A DNA stretch of 64,000 nucleotides from Meyerozyma guilliermondii (Eukaryota): NCBI GenBank assembly GCA_051546255.1, contig CP128815.1:744001-808000 (forward strand), in the 5' to 3' direction. How positions within the stretch are numbered: the stretch's first letter is position 1; every line of letters begins with the position of its first letter. Made by a program: the position numbers and the translations under genes. Below are positions 21,615 to 33,310 of this stretch, piece by piece. The notes beneath the pieces are model-generated. The model saw nothing but the letters and a program-made list of their open reading frames with translations. It had not been told where the DNA came from and did no database searches.

Positions 21615-22481
21615 ATGCTTCCACGAAAAAAAAACGATGGCTTCTTATCGGTTCCCATATCCAGAGTCTCCTCCACACAACGACTAAACCAGCTAAATAC
21701 CGTTTCAAGACCAAATTCGCCGTCTTATATCTCATCGCTGCTCAACCCAAGCCGAAACGTCCCCATCACTCCAACCAACCATGACGCTAAAAATGATATT
21801 CCCAACTTCGAAAACGTCCCTATAGTGGCCACATTGACGGAATTTGAGAACCAGCTAGACGCGTTCACCGCCAGCATTTCATCTTTCAAAGGTGATCAGT
21901 TGGCCGACTCCATGCTGCAACTTGTACAATTAAACGACACACTAAAACAAGAGCTCGAGAGCTTAAAGACCCACCAGGAACTAGGAAAGAGAATAGGTCA
22001 ATTGAAGCAACAGAATCTCGAATTAGACACAAAAGCGAAACAAATGCTCCGAGAATTGATTTCTTGTCGAGCAGAACTTCGTAAAATGCCACGCTTGTCT
22101 CTGAAAGGAGATGATAAGGAGTCTCAAAACAAGGAGATAGACGTGAAAGAAGCACTAAAATATGCCATGAAGCTTGCCAAATTTACTCGTGCTCCACCTA
22201 TGGTCGGAAATGCTCAGTTTCAAATTCACCCCAACAACTTTATCTGGCCTGCTGAAGATTCTCTCAGGAGAGGAATGCTTGCTCTCAGCTCGCTCAAGCC
22301 AGAAGAACTCATAAAACAGGAATTGGGCACAGCAGAAAACTCGGAGGCAGAACAAACGATGGCAGAGGAACACAATGAGCCAGAAGAGGATATCATTCAG
22401 AGCTTTGACAATAACGAAAGTAAGGGAAATGCTGCTCCATTGAGTCTTGACTTGTTTGATTCAGAAGAGGATTCTGACTAG
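21615..22481 (+). CDS. MED4: Mediator subunit 4
   Basis: LKYAMKLAKFT..FIWPAEDSLRRGMLA, C-terminal LDLFD; first ATG at 21615. Confidence 0.9.
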   Translation: MLPRKKNDGFLSVPISRVSSTQRLNQLNTVSRPNSPSYISSLLNPSRNVPITPTNHDAKNDIPNFENVPIVATLTEFENQLDAFTASISSFKGDQLADSMLQLVQLNDTLKQELESLKTHQELGKRIGQLKQQNLELDTKAKQMLRELISCRAELRKMPRLSLKGDDKESQNKEIDVKEALKYAMKLAKFTRAPPMVGNAQFQIHPNNFIWPAEDSLRRGMLALSSLKPEELIKQELGTAENSEAEQTMAEEHNEPEEDIIQSFDNNESKGNAAPLSLDLFDSEEDSD

Positions 22482-22507
22482 ACTACTATATACATAGTTT
22501 CAACTTT

Positions 22508-23743
<1,236 letters not shown>

Positions 23744-25552
23744 TTATACACTCTTTTTCAGTTCGGAACCAGAACCCTTTTTTTCCTCTCTCTTGGAACT
23801 GAAAATCTCATTGATCTCTGATGTGAAGTTATTATAGGCATCTCTCAAGCCTTCGAAATCATCTTCCGTAACTGACCCTCTCCGCGACCGGAAAGACTTC
23901 CAAGCTTGACCGAGTTCCTTCAATTCTTCGTCGATTTCGTGTCTATCGACATCCTGTAACACTTCAATGGAAGGAAGACCCAAACTTGGCGCTTCAGCTA
24001 GGTCAGTCTCGTTCTTCTCAAGCAATGCCCCCACAGCTGTAGAGACTCGCTCACTTTCCTCTTTGGTAAGTTTATGCTTTGGTTTAACGTCCTTAGGTTT
24101 ACTATGGTACTGCTGGCACCACGCTGTCACGGATTTAGCATATGGTCCTTTGAAAACAAACAATGTTACCGCCATACCGATGGGCACAAAGAAGTACACT
24201 GTACTCCAACAGTATAATGAGTTTTTTAAATCAAGAATCATGAATGGTTGACAGATAAACCCAAACGTGAGTTGTGTGACAAAGAAGCACACTACATCAT
24301 AAAGCCACTTCGCTCCTCTTGGAGTCTTCCCGTCCAGCTCAACAAACATGGGTCTGAAGTTTCGACGATAAATTTTGCCCACAGTTTGCGAGAAAGCACC
24401 CATAATGAAAGTCAAGTAGTAGCCTGGCCGAGTTCCGTGCCAAAATGCACTCGTAACGAACGTGAATACCGTACTCTTAAACCCTGGTTTCTTTCCTGGA
24501 CGGGCAACTCGAGCATAAACATAGTTCTTGAGCCACTTGTTGGTGTTCATGTTCCAAGACTCCAAGCACACATGAACATTCTGCCCCGTTTCAAAAGCTA
24601 CAGGGTCAATGTTTTGAACACGATTCCACTTGAACGAGTCTGTGGCACTATCGTAACCATTGTACCCAATTCCACACAAAATACATGCTGCTTCTGCAAT
24701 CAGCCATATTGTGTAATACTTGAGACGATACGAAAACCCAAGTATCCAGAGATATACCAGTCGGTAAACGAACCCATGTTCTTTTACAAGGTCCCCGGAC
24801 AAGAGATATTCCACAGTGACAAACTTGGGAGAGATGATGAAAAGGTACGCCCACATAAATCCTTGCAGCGCCTTAAAAAGAGCAGGGATTCCACTGCGAG
24901 GGATTCTTCGCTTCACTCTTCTACCAGGACGTTTTGATTCCGGAACATCATCAAACAAGATGGATTTGATGAACCTATCGTAGTCATTATAATGGAAAGA
25001 AGGACCAGTAAGTAGCGAAGCATAGAAAAAAACAAATCCAAGGTAGGAGAGCAAATCTGGATGTTGCCTCACAGCTTGTAAACGACCAAATTCAGACAAC
25101 GTTGATTTTGGGGCTTTCCCGTCATAAACGTTCCAGCCAAAAGCCGAGAGTTTCATCACAAGAACCATTTGGGCTCCTAAAATGTCAATTTTGGTTGGAT
25201 CATAAGTAGCGAAAAACTGAGCTTGAAGGTGGTTATAAGCTAAATGTCCCATCAAGAATACGAAATTGACCCATGGCATACTAGAGGTACGCAAGTATCG
25301 AGTAATGAAGTAGCATCCCATAGAAGATATCAACAATGTTCGGAGACCAGAATAAAGCTCGAGAATTCCAAAAATATAAAAACATGATACTCCAATGATA
25401 TAAACATTCTTGAGGGTATACTGATCATCAGGCAAACGTTTGAAGATCACGCTGAAAGGGAATGATAGCAAGGAACATAGAAGCACTTTGAAATTGGCCT
25501 CCTCAATTCCCACCTTTTCCAGCGCTAGGTGTAATAATAATTGGAGACCCAT
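23744..25552 (-). CDS. ALE1: MBOAT lysophospholipid acyltransferase
   Basis: GAQMVLVMKLS, WNMNTNKWLKNYVY, SAFWHGTRPGYY; an alternative upstream ATG exists at 25624. Confidence 0.92.
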   Translation of the reverse strand: MGLQLLLHLALEKVGIEEANFKVLLCSLLSFPFSVIFKRLPDDQYTLKNVYIIGVSCFYIFGILELYSGLRTLLISSMGCYFITRYLRTSSMPWVNFVFLMGHLAYNHLQAQFFATYDPTKIDILGAQMVLVMKLSAFGWNVYDGKAPKSTLSEFGRLQAVRQHPDLLSYLGFVFFYASLLTGPSFHYNDYDRFIKSILFDDVPESKRPGRRVKRRIPRSGIPALFKALQGFMWAYLFIISPKFVTVEYLLSGDLVKEHGFVYRLVYLWILGFSYRLKYYTIWLIAEAACILCGIGYNGYDSATDSFKWNRVQNIDPVAFETGQNVHVCLESWNMNTNKWLKNYVYARVARPGKKPGFKSTVFTFVTSAFWHGTRPGYYLTFIMGAFSQTVGKIYRRNFRPMFVELDGKTPRGAKWLYDVVCFFVTQLTFGFICQPFMILDLKNSLYCWSTVYFFVPIGMAVTLFVFKGPYAKSVTAWCQQYHSKPKDVKPKHKLTKEESERVSTAVGALLEKNETDLAEAPSLGLPSIEVLQDVDRHEIDEELKELGQAWKSFRSRRGSVTEDDFEGLRDAYNNFTSEINEIFSSKREEKKGSGSELKKSV

Positions 25553-27129
25553 ATTGCGATCTGTCAAAAATAAATTAATTTCTCCACGATTTAATTGTAG
25601 CCGCGCACTGGAATGAGGTGCCATTTCTAAAGTATGTTGCTAATATAGCCGCGCTACTACCCTATGAGCACCTAACCGCAGAATTGCCTACTACTCACCG
25701 AGGCTCAGAGATATCTGTGTCGGTTGTTCGCTTTGATAAGGCTTCCAAAAATGGATCATCTCAAATGCTATACTAGGACCTTGTGTATGGAGTTATTACC
25801 ATTGCCATAAAACACATAGATGATCTTCATGTGTTTCATTTGTTGTGGCGGTTCCCAGACCAGAAGCTGCCATGTTCCCCAAACGACACACAAGTATTTC
25901 AAGTATAGCATGCCAACTTGCCATTGAAAGGCTATGAAAGAAGTCGATCGCCAAGATAATAGAGAGCGCTATGTCGTGGACCTAGAAAAACTTGGTATAA
26001 ATCGTCACCAACTTGGTATCTGGTCGTTGATTATGGTAGTTTAAAGAGGTTGAACCCGCTTGATTCTTTCTTGTTACGGTGACATTGGTACTATTGTCAG
26101 CAGTTACTAGTGGAATTGAAGATATGGGTTCGTTACTGTTACCTATGTGTTATACCTATGATGGCCCCCTCAAAAAAGACTCCACAGGGACTTCCAAATA
26201 TTTTGGTTTTTGGTGATTCATGTTTGTATTAATGTTTCGGAAATTTGTCAAAGTGACTGCTTAGCAGTTTGAGTTGGACATTTCATTTGCTTTCTTGCTT
26301 GCGGTAGCCCCAGGACCCGCTTCGCTGCTTAAGATTTGCCAGATGCACTGATTACTTGCTTGAAGGTGTCGCATTTGCAGCCGATATACTAGAGACGTAG
26401 AACTACTACGAAGGAAGAACAAGAGAATCTCTAGGACTTAAGACAGATTTTAACAATTATCACAAACCGAAAGTATTTCCGGATATGATATGTTAGACTT
26501 CGACGTCATGTTGCGAATTTATTAACGATGATAATAATATGGTAGTCTTTCTGTGAGAAGATCGAGAATGCGAAACATGCCCCAAGGTGCCATTTGACTC
26601 TAGCGACTACCTAGCACTCAACCAATCTCAATAAGCAGAAGCACTATGAACAGCTTTTATTGAAAAATGATCACAAATCCTGGATAAAGTAAATTGACCT
26701 TGATTGAACTGGTTGGGATTAATCTAGTAATAGCCTGAAGTCATAATACTAACATTAACCGATATTCATTATCAAGTCCTGAAAGGTGGATCTTAACTCA
26801 TGGTTTCGACCGCAGATTGAAAATTTACTACCACTAACTACAGTGAGCAATGGTTTGCAACATACGAGTTGCAGATACACGAGGAACCACTACAATCCAC
26901 AAAGCTCCAAAAGAGTACACTGGAAAAAAACTCATTTGGCAGCCTGGTAATACACCAGTCAGAAGATTTTCATCCTTTATTGTTATCTTGACCTTATCTA
27001 CTATTTCTTCGGTCTTACCCTTTTGAGAGCTTACTAATCGGCAGCCAGTTTTAAATTTGCAGCCGTCCACTGAACGATTACTCTGACAGAACTCCGGGCT
27101 CACTCCAGCACATTGCACCAGGAATCAAC

Positions 27130-28224
27130 ATGAAAGCAGCAATTCTTACTGGAAATCCCGAAAACAACTGGACGGAAATTAAGGATATTCCCAAACCTAA
27201 AATAAGAGACGATCAAATCTTGATCAAGCCAATTGCGTATGCTGCAAATCCAACCGATTGGAAGCATAATTCGCCTGAATTTGCTGGCAATGTTTGTGGT
27301 TCCGATGCCAGTGGATATGTTGAAGAGGTAGGATCGAAAGTGACTGGATTCGAAGTGGGAGACATTGTTTCTGTCACTATGCATGGAGGTTACAACAAGG
27401 ACAATTCTGCCTTTGCAGAATATGTAGCAGCCGTTCCTGGATTCACCATCAAGTACGACAAAAATATTGTGAAGGATGCAAAATTGAAGGTTGGGGATTA
27501 CGAAGGTGGAATAATCACCAATTTCGAACAGGCAGCTTCGGTCACATTGGGTTTGACGACTGTAATTTTGTCGTTTGTTGGTTTGATGAACATCAGCAAA
27601 GATGTTCTGACCAACAAAGGTAAGTCAATTCTTATCTGGGGAGGTGCCACGGCCACGGGGATTTTGGCGATTCAAATGGCCAAGATTGCTTTTGGTCTTA
27701 AAGTCATTACCACAGCTTCCAAGAAGAACCATGACTATTTAAAGGGCCTTGGAGCAGACGTTGTTTTTGATTACAACGATTCCAATGTAATCGAGGCTAT
27801 TAAGGCTGAGGCTGGCGACTCCATTGCTTATGCCTTAGACACAGTTTCCAGCACACATACTTTCCAACAAACTTACGATGCAACTGCCAACTCGAAACAT
27901 GTTGAACTCGATAACTTGCTCTCGCTCGATAAGAGCAAAATCAAGACAGATTCTTCCAGATCGGTTTCCTTTCACGCAACCAGCATGTACGGTGCCACAG
28001 GAGACGCCTATAGCATTTGGGGCATGGACTTCCCAACCAACCCTGTCTCCACAAAGAAATATCTTGACTATTGGTTCAACGAACTTCCTCAATACATTCC
28101 CAAGATCAATTCTGCAAACTTGAAGGTCATCAAGCCTGGATTGGAAAGCGTTAACGAGGCTTTGCAGTTGTTGTATGATAACAAGGTGAGTGGCCAGAAA
28201 ATCGTTTTCAGGTCCCAAATTTAA
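27130..28224 (+). CDS. Zinc-independent MDR oxidoreductase, enoyl-reductase-like (YNL134C/YLR460C family)
   Basis: AANPTDWKH, GSDASGYVEEVG, ILIWGGATATG, LGADVVFDY, KVSGQKIV. Confidence 0.9.
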   Translation: MKAAILTGNPENNWTEIKDIPKPKIRDDQILIKPIAYAANPTDWKHNSPEFAGNVCGSDASGYVEEVGSKVTGFEVGDIVSVTMHGGYNKDNSAFAEYVAAVPGFTIKYDKNIVKDAKLKVGDYEGGIITNFEQAASVTLGLTTVILSFVGLMNISKDVLTNKGKSILIWGGATATGILAIQMAKIAFGLKVITTASKKNHDYLKGLGADVVFDYNDSNVIEAIKAEAGDSIAYALDTVSSTHTFQQTYDATANSKHVELDNLLSLDKSKIKTDSSRSVSFHATSMYGATGDAYSIWGMDFPTNPVSTKKYLDYWFNELPQYIPKINSANLKVIKPGLESVNEALQLLYDNKVSGQKIVFRSQI

Positions 28225-28266
28225 AAAGTATGTGACTATGAACCAATAATATACATCTATGAAGCT

Positions 28267-31200
28267 CTACTGCCTTGCCAGAACAATTTTGTAGCCTCCA
28301 TCGAGTGCTTGAGTAATGGCTTCACTCTTGTACGGAATTGTTGCAAGAACAAACGCAACGTCGTTCCACTGTTGTTCATCCAGGCACTTTGTTAACCGTA
28401 CTAGTAACTTTTCAGCAAGTTGTTTCTGTTGTCTCTCCTTCTCAATGAACCCAACGAGGAACTTGACAACTCTCTTCATCGAGTCCTTTGACAATGTCTC
28501 GTCGTTCAGAAGCCCGCTGAAAATATCTATGAAACCATTGTAAATGGCGTTATCCTTTGTTGCAAGCTCACTAAAGAACAAACGACACATATCGCTGATT
28601 CCTTGGTCAGGGTTCTCCAAGCACTTTGCCATTGAAGACAACTGGCCTTTCACCTTCACCTGGCCAGCCAAAATCAAGAAAGTGACTGTCATGAGACATG
28701 TTCTTTGAACCATGATACTCTTATCGTTGAGTCTTCGATACAAGAAGTCTGTGTTTTCGTCAACAAGATTATTAAAGCAAACTGCCATATCTCCTAAGCC
28801 CAAAACGCAATTGCATCGAATGATAGGATCGGGCGACTTCTCCATAATCGTTATCAACAAGGGTAAGTTTTGTTCGCAATAGCGTGATGAAATGCACATG
28901 AGTTTGACGAGACATAAAGTGGCAGATCTTTGTAAGCCTTGATGCTGGTAGTTTTTGCTCTTTGAACATATCTCACGTACCAAGTTGCCAAACTTTGCAA
29001 GGAGTGAATTTTCACCATAAAGTAGTTCCTTTTCTTTAATGTAAAGAACAGCATCGGCGAAATCATCTTCAGAAGTACCACCGATCATCTCAAGTTCGTT
29101 ATCTTCACCACCGTCTTTCTCGGCTGCTTCCTTAGTGGCTCCTGACTCCACAGCTTGCTTTCTCTTTTTGAACTGACCCTCCAAATTTTCTAAATAAACG
29201 ATAGTTTTGATGGAAACATGCCCCACCATGAACAAAAGTTGGGACAATGAATTGATCTGATTTGAAGAGTCATCACCGAAGACGTGAGCTGTCTTCTCCT
29301 TTAAAATGGTTGAGCAAATCTCGTCTGGTTTGTCAGAAATCGTAAAGAGTGCACCAATAGCTTGCTCGGCAACACTAAACCACTCGCCATCTTCGTTGAA
29401 TTCAAGAAGCACAGAACTTAGTTTCTCAACGATCTCGTCTTCCCGCTTGATACGAACTGTTCGTGGTTCCTTGTCATTAGGCTCCACTAAGCGCTGAAGT
29501 GCTATACAGGTGTACCGAGCAAGCGACATGTCCTTCTTTCCGAGTTCACCTAGTCCAATGGTCAACAACGAGTCCAAACCATCAGCAGCGATCTGACTGT
29601 TGCCCAACGCAAACATGCCTAGTACAATAACTGCACCTCGTCTCTGTTTCTGCGAAAATTCGGTCGATTCGCCTTTAAAGTTGTAAATCTGCCATAAGAC
29701 TTGAAGTACATCGGGATGAACTAATTTGTTCTCATACATGAGACACAAAAGTTTTTCCAACGATGCCAAATCTGCAATGGAGGCTGCGTGAGTTAAACTC
29801 ACCAAGTTCTTGGCGATGTAAGCTGCTTGTTCGGCTCTGCTAGAATCTTCTCGAGGAGATAAAAATAGTTGCTGATAACAATCTATCAAATGTGCCGAGA
29901 TCGATTTACCTTCGTCCGATGATCCCTTCATCCATACCAAGTGTAACATCTTTCTAATTCCCTCGGAAGCATTTTGAATGTCATAAGCGTCAGCAAGTAC
30001 CAAGAAGTCCATCGATTCAAGGACTTCGTTTCGATTCTTCGAGTAAAGTAGTCTCGAAATAATATCCACGCCGGCATGGATGGCTTCAATGAATGCAATT
30101 GCATCTTCATAGTACTTGAGAGTGAGCCTTGCTTTAATCAACGCATTCGAATCTTGCAAGATGGGATTGCTACCACTGTGATCGTTCTCTGAGTCCACAC
30201 GTGGGCTGTTAGCTTCTCCATCGGCATCGGAGCCATCTTCACTTTCCTGATCCTCTTCATCGTCAGGATTATCTTCTTCCATGGAAACATCGCCGTCGTC
30301 TTCATCGTGCTCAGAGTTGACATCTTCATTTATGGGAGCCAAATGCCCCTCCCTTTCTAATAAGTCTTTCAAATATGCTTTGGCACTTTCATAACGAGAT
30401 AACCAGAACTTGTAGGAAAGTTGGGTTCCATGAAGAGCAGCAAAAGGATGAGTCAAGACCAACTTCGACATGAGCTTTATAGCGTTCCTTCTCACCAAAG
30501 TACTTCGATCATCAAGTGAACGTACCAGAAGCTCCATGATTTTTTGACGCCTTTCATTGAATTGCGATGGCATGTTGAAGATTTTGACAAAGGCTTGAAT
30601 GGCCTTTGTTCTAACATATGGGTTTTGGTCTAGGAAACGTTCTTGAAGGAGGTCAACAAGGCCATCAATATGGACATCAGTGTTCCTGCCACTTTCGTCG
30701 TCATTTTGGCGGCCCTTCTTCGCAACATCCACGACAATATTTCCACAAGTCTCTACCACGGAACAACGGAGAGTGTAGTTGGAGTTATCCAAAAGCTGAG
30801 CGATACAAGACATCTGTTTTAGGATGAGTCTTGGACTCGACTCAGAGAGTTTAATCAAAAACTCTGAGATTGACTTGGGTCCGTTGTTATCATTTGAGTT
30901 GAATTCGATTTGTGAGATCTCACGAAGAACCTCTTCTGTTAATCCGTTGTGATCATACAGTTCATCTAGAACGTGTAAAAACTCTGCCATGTACTGTGGA
31001 AGATGTATGTAGTAGGTGAGACATTGGATGATAGCACTTTGGACGTTAAGAGATTGGCCATGAAATTTGACTGCCACTGCAAGGTCTCGGAACATTAATA
31101 GTTTAAGTGGAGTGATTTTCATCCTTTCTGCTACTTCCATTAAGCGAAAGATGGGCCTCGTAAACAATTCAATGAACCGATCGCGTTCCGGAGTTGTTAT

Positions 31201-31710
31201 GAATATTCTTGTGAGATCGATTTTCAAGACATTATGAATACATTCCAACAATTCTTCAACAAGGGCACAATTGGCTTTCCACAATCGATGAGCTTCAGAA
31301 TTTCCATGTTTCAGTTTGCTGGCAAAAGCTCGGCTGTGGTCTTCTTTGCCCAAATAGACAAGTAAAACATAAATGAGATAACCGTATTTTTCAAGGCTAG
31401 CTTTGAAGTTATCAGCAGCGTCCACAAAATCGCCATTTTGAACAGCACCAGCTATTTGATGGGAAATCGTGTTTGAAGATGATGCAATTAAGTACACTAC
31501 TTGTTTCTGATGCTTTTCATTCAACGTTTTGTATCCGTGTACAAGTTCCATAAGCTCATCAAGTAGTTCCGAATTGAAGTTGATATTGTCAGGGTTGGCA
31601 GCTAACACCTCTGTTACTGATTCAAGCTTAGAGTCCACATCTGGAAAATCCACCGAATACGACTTGTCGACTTCAAAATTATTGAAGTTACTACTTAGAC
31701 TGAACTCCAT
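28267..31710 (-). CDS. YCS4: Condensin HEAT subunit Ycs4/Cnd1
   Basis: RFLDQNPYVRTKAIQ, ELEMIGGTSEDDF, TFLILAGQVKVKGQL; first plausible start MEFSL at 31710. Confidence 0.95.
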   Translation of the reverse strand: MEFSLSSNFNNFEVDKSYSVDFPDVDSKLESVTEVLAANPDNINFNSELLDELMELVHGYKTLNEKHQKQVVYLIASSSNTISHQIAGAVQNGDFVDAADNFKASLEKYGYLIYVLLVYLGKEDHSRAFASKLKHGNSEAHRLWKANCALVEELLECIHNVLKIDLTRIFITTPERDRFIELFTRPIFRLMEVAERMKITPLKLLMFRDLAVAVKFHGQSLNVQSAIIQCLTYYIHLPQYMAEFLHVLDELYDHNGLTEEVLREISQIEFNSNDNNGPKSISEFLIKLSESSPRLILKQMSCIAQLLDNSNYTLRCSVVETCGNIVVDVAKKGRQNDDESGRNTDVHIDGLVDLLQERFLDQNPYVRTKAIQAFVKIFNMPSQFNERRQKIMELLVRSLDDRSTLVRRNAIKLMSKLVLTHPFAALHGTQLSYKFWLSRYESAKAYLKDLLEREGHLAPINEDVNSEHDEDDGDVSMEEDNPDDEEDQESEDGSDADGEANSPRVDSENDHSGSNPILQDSNALIKARLTLKYYEDAIAFIEAIHAGVDIISRLLYSKNRNEVLESMDFLVLADAYDIQNASEGIRKMLHLVWMKGSSDEGKSISAHLIDCYQQLFLSPREDSSRAEQAAYIAKNLVSLTHAASIADLASLEKLLCLMYENKLVHPDVLQVLWQIYNFKGESTEFSQKQRRGAVIVLGMFALGNSQIAADGLDSLLTIGLGELGKKDMSLARYTCIALQRLVEPNDKEPRTVRIKREDEIVEKLSSVLLEFNEDGEWFSVAEQAIGALFTISDKPDEICSTILKEKTAHVFGDDSSNQINSLSQLLFMVGHVSIKTIVYLENLEGQFKKRKQAVESGATKEAAEKDGGEDNELEMIGGTSEDDFADAVLYIKEKELLYGENSLLAKFGNLVREICSKSKNYQHQGLQRSATLCLVKLMCISSRYCEQNLPLLITIMEKSPDPIIRCNCVLGLGDMAVCFNNLVDENTDFLYRRLNDKSIMVQRTCLMTVTFLILAGQVKVKGQLSSMAKCLENPDQGISDMCRLFFSELATKDNAIYNGFIDIFSGLLNDETLSKDSMKRVVKFLVGFIEKERQQKQLAEKLLVRLTKCLDEQQWNDVAFVLATIPYKSEAITQALDGGYKIVLARQ

Positions 31711-31809
31711 ATTGATGTGTGTTTGTTTTTGATCTGCGCGATTACGCATCGAATTGTGTACCGTGTTTTGTGCAGGAACACGCCGATGAGCTATCCTAGT
31801 ATACAATTA

Positions 31810-33177
31810 TTAATCCTTAAGACGAGCATAGCCCTTCATAATGGCTTTGTTGACTCCCATCCTCTCGTCTTCTAATGCAGCAAGTAAATCTTTCATCGTG
31901 ACTGAATCTCCCGTTCGAATGTCACGGAACCTAAGACCATTGTCTCCACGAAGTGCCAACAAGTGACTCTGCTTATCTTTTTCTCTTTCCATAGCTTTGC
32001 TGTCATCTCCATTTCCTGCTCCTGAGCTCATCCACAGGTACTTTTTCTTGTTTGACGTCATCATTGCCGCAGTTTCATTAGCGGCTCTATGTAAGGTTTC
32101 CTCTGCGCCCACTTTATTACTCTCCAGATTGGCGTCCTTGTTTTCAAGTCCAAGTAGAATACGCCTGCTGACTCTCTGTTCCTCAAGCTCCTTTTGCTTG
32201 AGAGCCAAATTGCGTAGTTCCTTAGATACTTCAGATCGAGGAATTTGATTTGCAGCAAGCTTCTTGTTTTTGAGAGCTGGGATTCCTCGACGACGATGGC
32301 GTGATAATAACACGGTCTTGGTGGCTATATGACTAATCCACTGCTCGCACGACGCCGACATTAGTTCGAGAAGTTCGTTATCACTCATGAAACTTTGCAA
32401 GACTCCATTTTCACGGGCTACCCTTTGCATAAAAGTGCCCAAATGATACGAGTTGAGAAACGGCGTTCGCTGAATCTGCCGTGCTGGACGCAGCTGGAGG
32501 TAAGATGGTTGTTGGACGTTTATTCTTGGAGCCCGGTTGTATTGCTGCTGTTGAAGCAATTCTTCTTCCCTACCAATATCCACTCCAGCGGCAGCCAAAG
32601 CATCGTTCAACTTTGAAGGATCGTTGGTATGGAAACGATCCTGGTTGTTTCCGCCAGCTTGGCCCGTAGAATGGCCCGTGGAAAAGTTGGGCGCTGTTCT
32701 GTTGTCAATGCTTGAGGTGTTGAGTCCGTGAATACTGTTGGCCTGCTGAACTAACGGATTCATTCTGTTTACCGGAGCCGATGATGATGGAACCACAGGT
32801 GCCGAGGGCATGGCGGGACGTATTATAGGGCGAGAAATTTGCAGCGATTGAGGTACATTTATCATGCTTTCAGATTTGATGGGTTGCGGAGTTTGTGAGC
32901 CCGAAGTTGAACGTCCTACCAGATTTCTATCCGCTTGTATATCGTCCTTCTGCAACAATTCAGCAGGGAGATTATCGAAATCGATGTCCATAATGTCTTG
33001 TTGGTTAGCATTACCCGAAGCTGCTTCCAATTCAGATATGCCGTTGGCTCCCAAAATAGCATTAAGTTCCTCATCAACGTCCACAGGCGATTTTGAGCTT
33101 CCTCTCTGGCGCTTAGAGTCCGAATCAGCCGCGTCCGGGGTCTCAGAGGGCCTCTTAGAACCGTCGGAGTCCAGCAT
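31810..33177 (-). CDS. TAF4: TFIID subunit 4
   Basis: LNDALAAAGVDIGREEELL, histone fold, HRAANETAAMM..KKY(S)WM, VTMKDLLAALE. Confidence 0.92.
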   Translation of the reverse strand: MLDSDGSKRPSETPDAADSDSKRQRGSSKSPVDVDEELNAILGANGISELEAASGNANQQDIMDIDFDNLPAELLQKDDIQADRNLVGRSTSGSQTPQPIKSESMINVPQSLQISRPIIRPAMPSAPVVPSSSAPVNRMNPLVQQANSIHGLNTSSIDNRTAPNFSTGHSTGQAGGNNQDRFHTNDPSKLNDALAAAGVDIGREEELLQQQQYNRAPRINVQQPSYLQLRPARQIQRTPFLNSYHLGTFMQRVARENGVLQSFMSDNELLELMSASCEQWISHIATKTVLLSRHRRRGIPALKNKKLAANQIPRSEVSKELRNLALKQKELEEQRVSRRILLGLENKDANLESNKVGAEETLHRAANETAAMMTSNKKKYLWMSSGAGNGDDSKAMEREKDKQSHLLALRGDNGLRFRDIRTGDSVTMKDLLAALEDERMGVNKAIMKGYARLKD

Positions 33178-33276
33178 TATCAGTACCCTGTTGTGCTCAA
33201 CTCGCGAAGTCTCCGGTCAATTTAGACCTGGGCGCGGGTGCAGGAACATGATTTTGTGTGCACACCATGTATCATA

Positions 33277-33294
33277 CAAAAATTGTGCGATGAG
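33277..33294 (+). promoter_or_regulatory. RRPE-like and PAC (GCGATGAG) ribosome-biogenesis elements
   Basis: AAAAATT followed by GCGATGAG (33287-33294) just upstream of RCL1. Confidence 0.65.
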
Positions 33295-33310
33295 GTAGAA
33301 AGCTGCAAAG

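Noticed and set aside
24248..24937. 229-aa antisense ORF within ALE1, and the many similar antisense ORFs inside large genes
   Set aside because: Fully nested opposite conserved genes with no recognisable motifs; expected from codon bias
26951..26959. TACACCAGT as a possible telomerase RNA template (complement of an ACTGGTGT-type repeat)
   Set aside because: It is only a 9-nt match, plausible by chance, and the species' telomere repeat is unknown. It also sits about 170 bp before a same-strand CDS, leaving no room for the 3' part of a telomerase RNA.
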